From the NCBI GenBank assembly GCA_000165425.1, contig CT868429.1, positions 509,337-573,336 of the forward strand: DNA of 64,000 bases. Direction: 5' to 3'. The position numbers were made by a program, and so were the translations under genes. The notes beneath the pieces are model-generated. The model worked only from the letters and a program-made list of their open reading frames with translations, searched no databases and was not told where the DNA came from. This document shows positions 28,420-39,926 of the stretch, piece by piece; positions within the stretch are counted from its first letter, which is position 1, and every line of letters begins with the position of its first letter. Source of the stretch: Paramecium tetraurelia (lineage: Eukaryota).

Positions 28420-28920
28420 AAAGGTTGATTTTATATGATTAAAATATATAGAGATTATAAAATCACTGAAACATTTATTATTATTTAATTTTCTATATAT
28501 AATTTGCATCCTTTATTTTTAGTTTGACAATCATTTTTATGATGACTATCATGATCTAGATTTCAGTGTAATTTTAAGATCAAAAATATACTTTGACTCG
28601 AGCATCTTAATGCAATTATTAAAAGCATTAAGTTAATAAATTATATTTCTAAATACAATTAAATTAATAAATTAATGCATAACCTCATTTTAATCAAAAA
28701 TAAACTGACATTAAATTAAATTCTTTCAACAAGAAGTTGATTTGATGTCTAATGGAATCACTTAATACATGTGTAAATGATATAAGTTTCATTTTCTATA
28801 AGGAATTAAGTAGATACGGATATGAAGATGAGAAAATAAATTTTATTATAAAATAATTATAGATGATTTATAATAAAATATTGAACACAAATTAAATTAA
28901 ATTTAATTTACGATCATCAA

Positions 28921-31900
28921 ATGAGGCGTGTTGCTAGAATTGCTTAATCTGTAATCAAAAATCGAATGTTCTAATCTCTTCAGCAAAAGATTGTATATCA
29001 TTTTGATGATAATTACAATAAATTTTATAAAGAGAAGGATGAGAATTTGGTATTTTTTCAGATCAACTTAGATTCACCCTACTTATACTTCCAAACACTT
29101 TAAAGTGTCTTCAAATTCAATTGTTTAGTACTTGGAAGACAAGAAGATGGAACACAAGATATAGGGAAAGTACGTGCAATTAAGATATTGTCCATTCTGT
29201 CCAAAACATAATATAGAAAATCCATCAAACTAATTCGTTATGGGAATTAACTTAGAGAAGTACATTTTAAGTCGATGATTATAGTGGATCATATAATTGT
29301 TTCAGAGCTACCTGTTCGGCTAAAGGTTCTTGGTTTGATTTTAAGAACTTTTTGAATGGGACTCTCAACACTCAGCAATAGTAAAATCCATAGACTCAAT
29401 AACAGACCCCTTAGAAACTGAATATATTCGAATATCATTAATACTTTGAGAGATTAAAGTTATAAGAACCTAAGATAGTGTATGACTATTTGACAGGTGA
29501 TGATTGGGAAAATGTACAATTTGCCTATTATTCACTAGTCAGAATTAAAGGGGAATTAAGGATGAAGTCTTGAAATTGTATTTGATTGGCATTGATGTTA
29601 CTGAAATCTACGATCCTTAATAAGGCGCATATGTGTAGGCTCCCCTCATATACTTTCCCATGTTTAGATACAGAAATCAACATGAGAAGAACAAAATAAT
29701 GTAGAAAGCATTGAAATAGAAAAAGGATGATGTTTTGGCTGAAAAAGTTTTGAGTGAGGAAACCAAATAGAATATCAGATCGCAATTAGATAATTAATTT
29801 GATAATTTTCAATATGAATTGGTCAGTTGCAAAATCAGAGCGGCAGGAAAAGATTTGAAGCATATTCAAAAGATTGAACCCATGAATGCAGCCAAAGGAA
29901 TTTTTGGGATGCATTTACTTAAATAGGATTCTACTCAAGTGATACTAACAGAAGGGGAATTTGATGCCATGGCAGCTTATCAAATGACAAACATTCCTGC
30001 TATTTCATTACCATATGGTATTAATCATATTCCAGCTTATCTTATTGAATGGTATTCTATGATAATAATCAAATAAGGTTAGATTAGTTTGAGAAATTGA
30101 ATGATATCATAATATGGGTAGATGATGATAATCCTGGGAGAATTAACTCATAAAAGATTGCTCGTAAACTTGGTAATGCCAGAACAAGAGTGGTCTAACC
30201 ATCTTTGATTAATCCTCATGATTACCCTAAAGATGCAAATGATTGCTTAAGATTCTATGCAGATAAAGTCATGACTTACATTGATCAATCAAAATGTCTA
30301 CTAAAAAAGAACATTACTTAATTTACTGATTTTAAATAATTGACAAAGAATAGAATTTTAAACTTTGAATTGTCAAAGGGAACCCAATCTTAGACATTCA
30401 CAACATATAACAATACCACTAAAGGATTGAGAACTGGAGGTGAGTTATTTATATATTTAAAATAGAATTTACTATTTTAACAGGACCCACTGGTAGCGGT
30501 AAGACCACCTTTTTGAGTTAGCTATCTTTAGATTTCTGTAAAGAAGGAATAACAACACTTTGGGGAAGTTTTGAAATAAAGACTGACAGATTGGCTGAAC
30601 ATTAGTTATTGTAGGCATACAAAACAGATTTAATTAAACAAAAAGATTTAGTTGATATAGCAATTCAAAAATTTGAGAATGAAATCCCAATTGTAAAAGA
30701 ATCTATATATTATTTAGTATTATATGAATTTTTATGGGTCAACCGACCTAGACTAAATTATTGATACAATTGAATATGCAATATATGAATATAATGTAAC
30801 TCATGTTTGTTTGGATAACTTATAATTTATGATGGGAACTTAAGTAGGAGGAAATAGGAAATTTGATTTTCAAGATGAAATCATTGAAAAATTTAGAAGA
30901 TTAACTAGTAATAATGACATCCATTTGACTTTGGTTATTCATCCTCGAAAAGTCGATGAAAATGAAGACTTAACTATCGCATCAATCTTTGGGTCAGCGA
31001 AAGCGACTCAAGAGGCTGATAATGTTTTTATTATCCAAAACAGACCTAGATACAGAGTTTTTGAGATTAAGAAAAATCGATATGATGGAGAAGTAGGCAG
31101 AGTGGGATTAGGTTTCGACGCTAATGTGAAGTCATTCTTTGAACTTTCATCTACAGAAGTCAAAGAATTGAATGAAGAAAAGACTACTATTATAGATATT
31201 ATTAATAAAAGGAAATAAGAGGGTAGACATTTTAAATAAGAGATTACTATTAACGATAAAAATGGAAATAACGATGGAGGTAATAATGAGGGCGGATCTT
31301 CAAATAAAGGAGGTAATCACAGTAATAATAATAATTCAAATAATTCCAAAATTACTAAAAAGGATATCTCTAATGTAAAAAATATACTAGAAAATATACA
31401 AATTTCAGATCACAATAGTTATAAAGATTAAAATGATGACGATGAAGATTAAATGGCTTAATTAGAAAAAATGGCTGAATAATATGCAAATTAAGAAATA
31501 ACAGAAATCATTTTAAATCAAAAACCTGTGCAATTGGCTTTAGATGATATTGGAGATCTTGAAAAGAAACATAAATTGGATAATCTAGATTCAAGTGTTG
31601 AAAATAATGAAAAATAAAAATCTAAATAAAATAGTGCTACTATTTAAAATAGTTATCTAAACTAAAATAAACTCATTAGGGAATGTGAAAAATGCATAAA
31701 TCCTTCAAATGATTATCTAGAAATATGGAAATTTGATTAAGATAGTGATTATGGATTAAAACCTAAAATTGGATAATACGAATTTTCACAAGAACAAACT
31801 CCTAAAGATAATACTTATACTCAACATAACCCTAATGAATTTACTTTATTCCATTCAGACCCATTAAACAAATATGCTGCTCAAAAGATTAATAAAGAAT

Positions 31901-32052
31901 TAGATTAGAGTCTATAAAGCGATGAATTTTAACCTGTTGATGATCAAATACAACTTGCTAATTAATATAAAAGCTAAAAGAAATAATCTAAAAGGGCTTC
32001 TTTCATTCATGTTGGATCCAAAAAACCTTCTAAATCTTAATTAGATTTATGA
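28921..32052 (+). CDS. TWNK: Mitochondrial Twinkle-type primase-helicase (T7 gp4-like)
   Basis: Arg-rich targeting-like leader MRRVARIA; CPFC...CFRATC zinc finger; RGI; TEGEFDAM; WVDDD; KDANDC; Walker A GPTGSGKTT; LDNLQF; VIHPRK; GSAKATQEADN; KNRYDG. Confidence 0.95.
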
Positions 32053-32111
32053 AGATTATCTAATAATATATAAATAATTAAACTTTTACATATTAAATAA
32101 ATATTAATTTA

Positions 32112-32568
32112 ATGTCAAAGAAAACTTTTAAGAAATCTGAAGGTACATCCCTAGTATCAATTATTGGCGACGAAGTATTAAAATCATCTAAACATCAAGG
32201 ACACTGTTACAGGATTTCTACTAACAGGAATTGGAGAAAAGAATATCAAAGGAGAAACTAATTTTCTGGTTGTAGATTCAAGTATGTAAATTCATTATTT
32301 CTCGAAACCGACCCAAAATTGATAGAGGCTACATTTCAAAATTTCTTGAAGCATCCTAATATAGCAGTCATCCTTGTGACATAATTTGTTGCTGAAAACT
32401 ATCTAAGACATATTATCAATTAATATGATGCCATTTTGCCTACAATTCTTGAAATCCCAAGCAAAGAATACCCATATGAAGCAAAGAAAGTATTAAATCA
32501 TATTAGACTATCAGGATACAATTATTCAAAGAGCTCATAGATTATTGTATGGTACAGATATTTAGTGA
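32112..32568 (+). CDS. ATP6V1F: V-type H+-ATPase subunit F (intron 2 lacks a canonical AG)
   Basis: IIGDEDTVTGFLLTGIGE...PTILEIPSKEYPY. The reading frame requires removal of 32282-32304, which ends in CG. Confidence 0.92.
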
Positions 32569-33025
32569 AATATATTAAGTAATATAGAAAGCATAATCAA
32601 TTTATTTTTCCATTTAAATTTATATTAAATAATATTTGTTTTTTCGAATCAACTTTTCTCCTATTTCAAATTATTATTTGAGTTGATAATCCATATAGAG
32701 AAGTGGAATTCCAAATTATTTAGTTTATATTCTTTAAATAATTAAATCTTCTACTTTATCAAATATACTATGACCTCTTTTAAGAGTTATTATAAGATAA
32801 GGAGAAGAAGTGTTATAATTTTGATTCTAAATATATTAAAATCAATTATTAATTTTTTATCTTATAACCCATTAAGATATTTTAAAATTAATGTATACTC
32901 CTTTAATTTTGGATGAAATTTCTATTCTTCTTTTCTTAAATTTAATTGTGTTCATAATTTTAAGTTTAAATGAAATTCTAATTTTTCTTGTTTTAAAATA
33001 ATTTTTTAAGAAATTCTTAATTTTG

Positions 33026-34899
33026 ATGAATAATATATGTATTACTTAAGTTAAAACCAGTCAAGGGGATATTGCTATTGTAAACTCAACTGAAAGAAAT
33101 GAGAAACATAGATAAGCTTATTCCAAAGTTCTATAGCTAAAGAGCTTTAATTTGATTCAATCGGAAACAAGAGTGGAAACTCCAGCGAAAGAAATAGATG
33201 AGGCTGAACTTCCATTAAGAGAACATGTTTATAGAGACGCTATAAAGCGTTCAGCAACATTCCTGAAAGTAGCCTCAGAGGAAATGGGTAGATATTAAAC
33301 AGAATGGCACTGGAAGTTTTTTTTCGAATTCCTTTTTTATCATATTGTAATAACTTATGTTTATTATCTAGATGTTTTATAATCTATTTGGACCCTTAAT
33401 GGTGATATTTTTTTGGAAATGGCCTGGTATGCCTCTGATGATAAATATGAGATTTTTAAAGCATCACCCTCAATTTTATTTTTAATTGCTTTTATGGTTA
33501 GGTTCATTGACAGGGGGTTATTGGTATTTATTCGATGATAAAAATATTATAACTTTAACTGAAGTTGTATTCACTTAATTTGCCCTTTTAATTAGGGCAG
33601 TTGTAATTGCTGCAAAATATGCAACTCTAAGTGAGGAAAGAATTAAGTTATATAAAATAAGAAGTTTTAAGTGAAGAAATGTTTACGTTTGATTTAATGA
33701 TGTGGGATTGGAGACTTTAAACACCTAAAGTTTTGTTTCTAGAACAATTGAGATTTTTAAAAAGAAGAGAGTTAGATCCTGATTTTTATAAGATAGATTT
33801 CCTATGTTAACCTCATATAAAGACAGTAAAATAATTGATCTAAGTCGATGTTGGATTTTATAGGGAATGGTTAGAATAACAAGAAGAATCTTAAATTTCA
33901 CCTGTCATAGACAACACATACAATTGTTTTTTTGTCTTTGGGTATTTGGTCAATTCCTTTTAAAAAAAGCACACTCCTGGGGGCTTTTCGAAATATGTTG
34001 TAATTTAATCTTTAATATTATCATTAACTCCATGTTTATTAAGAGTATAATACTTTTATGAGATTGATGTAGGGGTCATTGATATATTGAGAATAATAAT
34101 CAATATTTTGACAACCTTCTAAGGATTCTTTGGATCCTTTGTATTCTTGTAAATTGGTCTATATGATTTATAAAGAAAGTTTTATCTTTTGGATTAATGT
34201 TGTTATATGCTGAATATAAAGGAACAAAAATTTTCAACAGGCAAAAAGCTATTACCATCAATCAACTTTAATAATCCTATCACCTTATAAGCCTGGTCAA
34301 TGTTAAGAGGGATGGCTTTCGATTATGGGAGAACTTATGATTTCAGAATTCAAGGGTTTTATTCATTGATTTTTCTTGGATGGATATTTTTATTTTTGTT
34401 TGGAATAGGAGTATTATTGGATTTCATTCGTATAAATTTTTTCTAAACTACATTATTATCAGAAATGCTGGTGATTCTAACTGGATTTATTGGATATTAT
34501 CTGTGGCATGGAGCAAAATTAAATGAATATTATGAGACATTTGATATTCTACTTGAAGATGTTAGAAATATGTATGTGGATATGCTTAGAAAAAAGGAAC
34601 AGTATTTTATTTTAAATTTGGAGGTAACAAACGCAATCCATAAAAAATTTGTATTTTTGTTAAAGAGTCAGACCAATTCTATTGAAACAATTACATAATA
34701 TATCAACTTTATTATAGAAGAGATAGATGATACCATAAGACAATTGAATTATGATGAAAAGCATAACCCTTTTAAAATCTATGGCATTCGAATAACCTTA
34801 AACTTTTTATAGAGCATGGTGGTTGCTATATTTACTTTGGTAGGATTCGCTGTATAGTAAAGAATGTAAAATATAGATGTGGAATGTCTTTCAAAATGA
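33026..34899 (+). CDS. PHTF-like multi-pass membrane protein, copy A (one +1 frameshift: possible pseudogene or base error)
   Basis: Colinear paralog of 34958-36784; intron 33347-33371; an extra A at 33654-33657 breaks the frame. Confidence 0.7.
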
Positions 34900-34957
34900 C
34901 AATATAATTTACTCCTTATTTTATCATTATTTATAATATTTTATAATAATTTTGAAC

Positions 34958-36784
34958 ATGTAAGGCGGAACAAGTTAGTCAGCAAAGTAAATCGAAGCTG
35001 ATACTCCAGTTCAAAACACATCAGATGATGGAAAGCTACTTAAATCAGTTAGGAAGGTCTAATAAATAAGATAATTGCTTACAGCTAATACACCTGCAAA
35101 ATCCTTGCCTACCTACTAATTAGATGCAGCTCCCTTAAAGGAGTATAACCCACAAAAACAATTGTCTAAATAAATTACATTTGATGAGGTGAATGATGAG
35201 GAACTACAAAGATATAAAGCGGAATGGCATTGGGATGTATTCTTCGAATTTCTTTTTTATCATATGCTATTTTATATATTGTTAGGTCCTTTTGTTATCC
35301 TAGTCCTATTTAAATACCCTGGAATTATTTTATTAAAAAACATGAGGTTTTTTAAACACTCCTCCTCTTTTTATATGTAAACTCTCTTATGGTCAGGATC
35401 TGCATTAGGTGGTCTAATGTATTTTATCCAAGACTCAAGTGTTATTACAATGACAGAAATTATTTTTATGTGGTTTGCTATTACCACTCGCTCAGTTGTT
35501 ATTGCTGCTAAATATGCAACTTTAAGTACAGCTAGAATTAGATTATATAAAACTGAAGAGCTTCCTGAAGAGATGTTTAATTTTGATCTGATGTTTTAAG
35601 ACTGGTTTGAACAATCCTCCAAAGTTCTATTTTTAGAGTAATACAGAGCTTTAAGAAGACATGAATAGGAGCACTCTTTATATAAATTTGATTTTCTATT
35701 GGATCCAAATAAAAAAACAGCTGAGACAATTAAAACAACTAATATATGTTTTTATTTAGAATGGGCCATGAAGCAATAGATGAAATAAACTGATCCTATT
35801 ATTGAATAAGTATATTATAATGGATTTCATGTCTTTGGTTATTTAGTCAACTACTATTAGAAGAATAACCCTACTTCTACATTTAATAAATATATGATTG
35901 GAATGTCTATATTTAATGGCATATCTCCCACTTTTATACGATTGTAACACTTTATGGAAAACATACCAGATTGGCTAGACATAATAAGATTAATAGTTAA
36001 TTTTTTGACATCAATGTAGGCATTTTTCGGTTCAATTATTTTCTTAGGCATAGGAATTTATGATTTTAGAAGAAAGTTCTTTTTACTTGATTAATGTCTT
36101 TATATGCTTTCAGCTAAAAAGGTTTCATATCCAACAGCAAAAAAACTCATCCCTACCATAAATTTTAACAATCCTTAAACTTTACAAGCATGGTCGATTT
36201 TTAGATCCTTATGTTTTGATTATGGATAAACGTATAATCTAAGAGTTCAGGGGTTTTACTCTCTAATTTTTGTAGCCAATATAATTTTTATATTTCTCTC
36301 TTTAGGCTTGATCTTAGATTTTATTCATATTGATATGTTCTAATTAATATTGCTGGGGGAGATGGCCATTATCCTCATTGGATTTACGTTATATTATCTT
36401 TACTTAGGAGCATCACTTAACGAATACTTTGATAGTTTCGAAACATTATTGGATGATGTAAAATCAATTTATTAAGATATCTTAAGGATGAGAGAATAAT
36501 ACTTTCAGAATAATATCTAACCAATAAATGATGTTCATAAAATATTTGTAAATATTATACGAGATTAAGTTGGGATAGATGTGGATACCGTAAAGGAATA
36601 CATTGAATTGATAGTTGAAGAATTGGAGAACAATTAGAGATAACTAGGTTATGATAGAAGAAACAACCCATTTAAATTATATGGAGTCGTAATAACTTTT
36701 AACTTGCTAAAAAGTGCTGGTGTTGGACTATCAACTGTATTTAGTTATGCTATTCAACAAAGACTATCAACTAAAGAGAAATGA
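34958..36784 (+). CDS. PHTF-like multi-pass membrane protein, copy B (intact, intronless, 608 aa)
   Basis: EWHWDVFFEFLFYH, RSVVIAAKYA, LQAWSIFRSLCFDYG, LYLGASLNEYF, NPFKLYGVVITFNLLKS; multiple TM segments. Confidence 0.8.
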
Positions 36785-36874
36785 TTAAGATTATAGTTTA
36801 TTATTATGTTCTAACTGTGAATTATATTAGACTTTATTTACATAAAATGTTATGTTTAATTAATAAATTTAAAT

Positions 36875-37417
36875 TCAACCTATGTAATCATCTCTTTCAT
36901 TATTATATTGTTATATTGTTTATTTGATTTTTGATGTATCAGACCATGTTATGTGATCTTCTTGGGATCGACTCACAAGCGTGGCAGGGTCTGTGATAAT
37001 TTTAGTTCCAATTCTGATGTGACCTTATTCTATATAAGTACACGCTTCTTTGGGAGTCTGAGCAAATTTAAGTTTGCATAACACTATGGGGAGTCTTCTT
37101 CTGCAAAAAGCTGAGACTGCTAATTTCTCACAATTTTATATATTATCCTTTGTTGTTATGATTCCCATATTATATAATCTCTCCAATAACTACTCTGTTA
37201 ATTTTACCCTAAATGGATCCTGAGATGACAATAATTTTATTTTAGAAATCATAGAAGTAATGTGACCACACATCCTGTTATATTTATCATAATCTTCTCT
37301 ATTAGACAAATTATATCTTTTGATTATCTCAGCTTCTCTATGGTCTTTCTCTTTCTTCCAATTATACAAATCCACTCTTTTTAGTAGCTTTTTCTCATGG
37401 AATTTAAGCTTTCTCAT
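36875..37417 (-). CDS. IMP3: U3 snoRNP protein Imp3 (uS4 family)
   Basis: [16 protein letters not shown]...SAFCRRRLP...IEQGHIRIG...[12 protein letters not shown]; 180 aa, intronless. Confidence 0.97.
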
Positions 37418-37476
37418 AAATTAAATTTTAATATTTTATGAATAATATATAAAAATTTTTTGAAGACATTGACACT

Positions 37477-38722
37477 ATGGAAACCAAAAAATCATTTGAA
37501 GCATTTACTAAATGCAAGGGGACTATCATTTTCGGAGCAAAGGTTGAATTAATTTATTTAGAATATTTAGAAGGACTTATAAAACATTATAGGAACTCTA
37601 ACTTTAATAATAACTCTTATTGTTTTGTACTTAATTTTTATATTCCCTGCAGCACGAGACTATTAATATGATGCTCTTGCAATTATAATTGCTATCTTCT
37701 CTATTCTTCCAATTATAACCCTTTTGAATGTTACCATGACAGGTTGGCTTAATCAATATTAATATTATTAGAACCTGGTGTCTTACTTAGGGGAGATTTA
37801 CCAGATCCAAAATTATAATAATAATAAATCAAACCAGAATAGATATCTGAATAAAATTAATTCACTTCTGAATAATATGCTTAAAAAAATGAACCGCATT
37901 AAATTGTATAAATAGCAGAATCTTAAAATTAACTTGAGTAGAATCCTGAATTGCCAAACATTTATACTTCCAGATATTGTACAACTTGCAAAATTATGAG
38001 GCCCTCGAAAGCTTCCCATTGTAAGTTTCAAAGTAGTAATTAGGTAAACACTGTAATCACTGTGTTGATGGATTTGATCATCATTGCTTTTGGGTTGGTA
38101 CTTGTATAGGAATTAGAAATTGGAGAGCTTTTTTAATATTTTTACAATCATCCTTGATTGTTATTACGCTAACTTTATGCTAATGCTTATTAAATTGTAA
38201 AAATTATAACTATAATAACAAGTATCTAAATAATATTTAGATATTTATGAACTTTGGATATTAATGTTTAAATAAGCTAGCATTCCTCTTATATCATTAT
38301 ATGGATTATATTTTATTTGTGGTTGTTGGAGTCATCAAACATATTTGAATGTTATAATTTTAATGGTGATGTTCTTACTTCCAATAATCTATTCAGCTGT
38401 ACTCATGGATATTGAAAATGCTTATAAAGACTACAGATATTATCAGAATCCATTTGTAACCATTCTAATTACAATTGCAATGTTGCTATTCTTTCTTTTC
38501 CTTCTCCCTGTTAATGGTGTGAATTGCTATTATATTTCGATAGTAAAATTACAAAATATATTAATATTGTAGGGAAAAACAGCAAAATAAACACATTCAG
38601 AAGACCAATTTTATAATAGGATAAGGCAATTTGACAAACCTAAATATACTGTCTCTGGAGTCTTTCGAAATTTACTGTATTTTTATACATATCCAATACC
38701 ATAAAGCCGCAATTAATAATGA
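37477..38722 (+). CDS. DHHC palmitoyltransferase
   Basis: [52 protein letters not shown] segments; several introns. Confidence 0.95.
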
Positions 38723-38780
38723 TTATTTATTATAAATGTTAACATTGGTTTAAAATTTTAAAGTAGGAGCAAATCAATAT

Positions 38781-39926
38781 TCAGTTATATTTTTTCGGAA
38801 TATAATTATATCCTATGAATTCTTAAATATATTGATCTTTTTTTACATGATTATATTGTATTTAAAATATCTAAATTTAGTAATTTGCCCTTGCTCAATT
38901 TTCCTTTTTGAAAATCGCTGTATCCAATACGTTTATTGGGAGAAAAAGGAGGAATCATTTCTTTAGATATGAGCATATCCCAATTAAAATTATTGAACCA
39001 AGGATGTTTCATTATCTATTTAGGATCGCTTGTTCCTAATCTGTCTTCAGGTTTTAATTAAATTAACTAGACTCATGATTACAATAATACTTTATTAATA
39101 AAGTCGGCTCCTGCCTTAGACCAGTCAACAGGTAGGTCATGTCTCTTAATTTAAACTTACTTTAAGTTTACTGTATCTTTCCATTCTTTTATATCTTCTG
39201 ATTCATATGGCCTTCTTCCAAGCATACATTCGTAAGCAACAACTCCCAAAGCAAAATAGTCAACTCCTATTCCGTCTTATTTGTAAAGAAACATTTCAGG
39301 AGCTATGTAACCAACAGTTCCACAAATATTTTCTAATTTGTTTGGTCTCCAAATTCCAGCCATACCAAAATCAGTCAATCTGATATATCCAAATTTGTCA
39401 AAAACAAGGTTTTCGGGTTTCAAATCTCTATGAATTATGCCTTATTAGTGAAGATAATCTAAAGCGGTAAAAATACAAGCAACAATAAATTCTATGTAGA
39501 ATAGGTACATACTTGTTTAACTTTCAGAAAATCTCTTTTTCTTATTTAGGTGATATCTGAGGTCTCCTCCTGACATTAAATCCAAGCATAAGTATAGATT
39601 ATAATTGTCTTAGAAGGCCCCTCTCAAATTTACTAAAAATGGATTTTCTATTTGAGATAATATATTTTTTTCATTGATAACTTGTGATACAGTACACTAC
39701 TATAAGATCCTACGCATGAAGGTATAAAATTACAATAGTTTTGATACAACTTTTACAGCAACAAATTATTTATTTTTCCTATTTAACGCTTTCCATACTT
39801 TACCGAAGGACCCAGACCCTAAAATTGTTTAAAGTTCAAAATCGTTAATCGATAGATCTCAAATTTAGCAATAAATTTACTTGTTTCTACAACCTCACAT
39901 GAACTAGAGAGAGAACAATTTCCCAT
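38781..39926 (-). CDS. AGC-family Ser/Thr protein kinase with an MGNC acylation motif
   Basis: [41 protein letters not shown] and a C-terminal FIGYNY hydrophobic-motif-like tail; four introns. Confidence 0.95.

Noticed and set aside
28180..28509. 109-aa minus-strand ORF
   Set aside because: Antisense to the clear plus-strand Myb gene.
28921..32052. Phage or mobile-element origin of the T7-like primase-helicase
   Set aside because: It has spliceosomal introns, ciliate codon usage and a mitochondrial-type leader, with no viral neighbours: an ordinary nuclear Twinkle gene.
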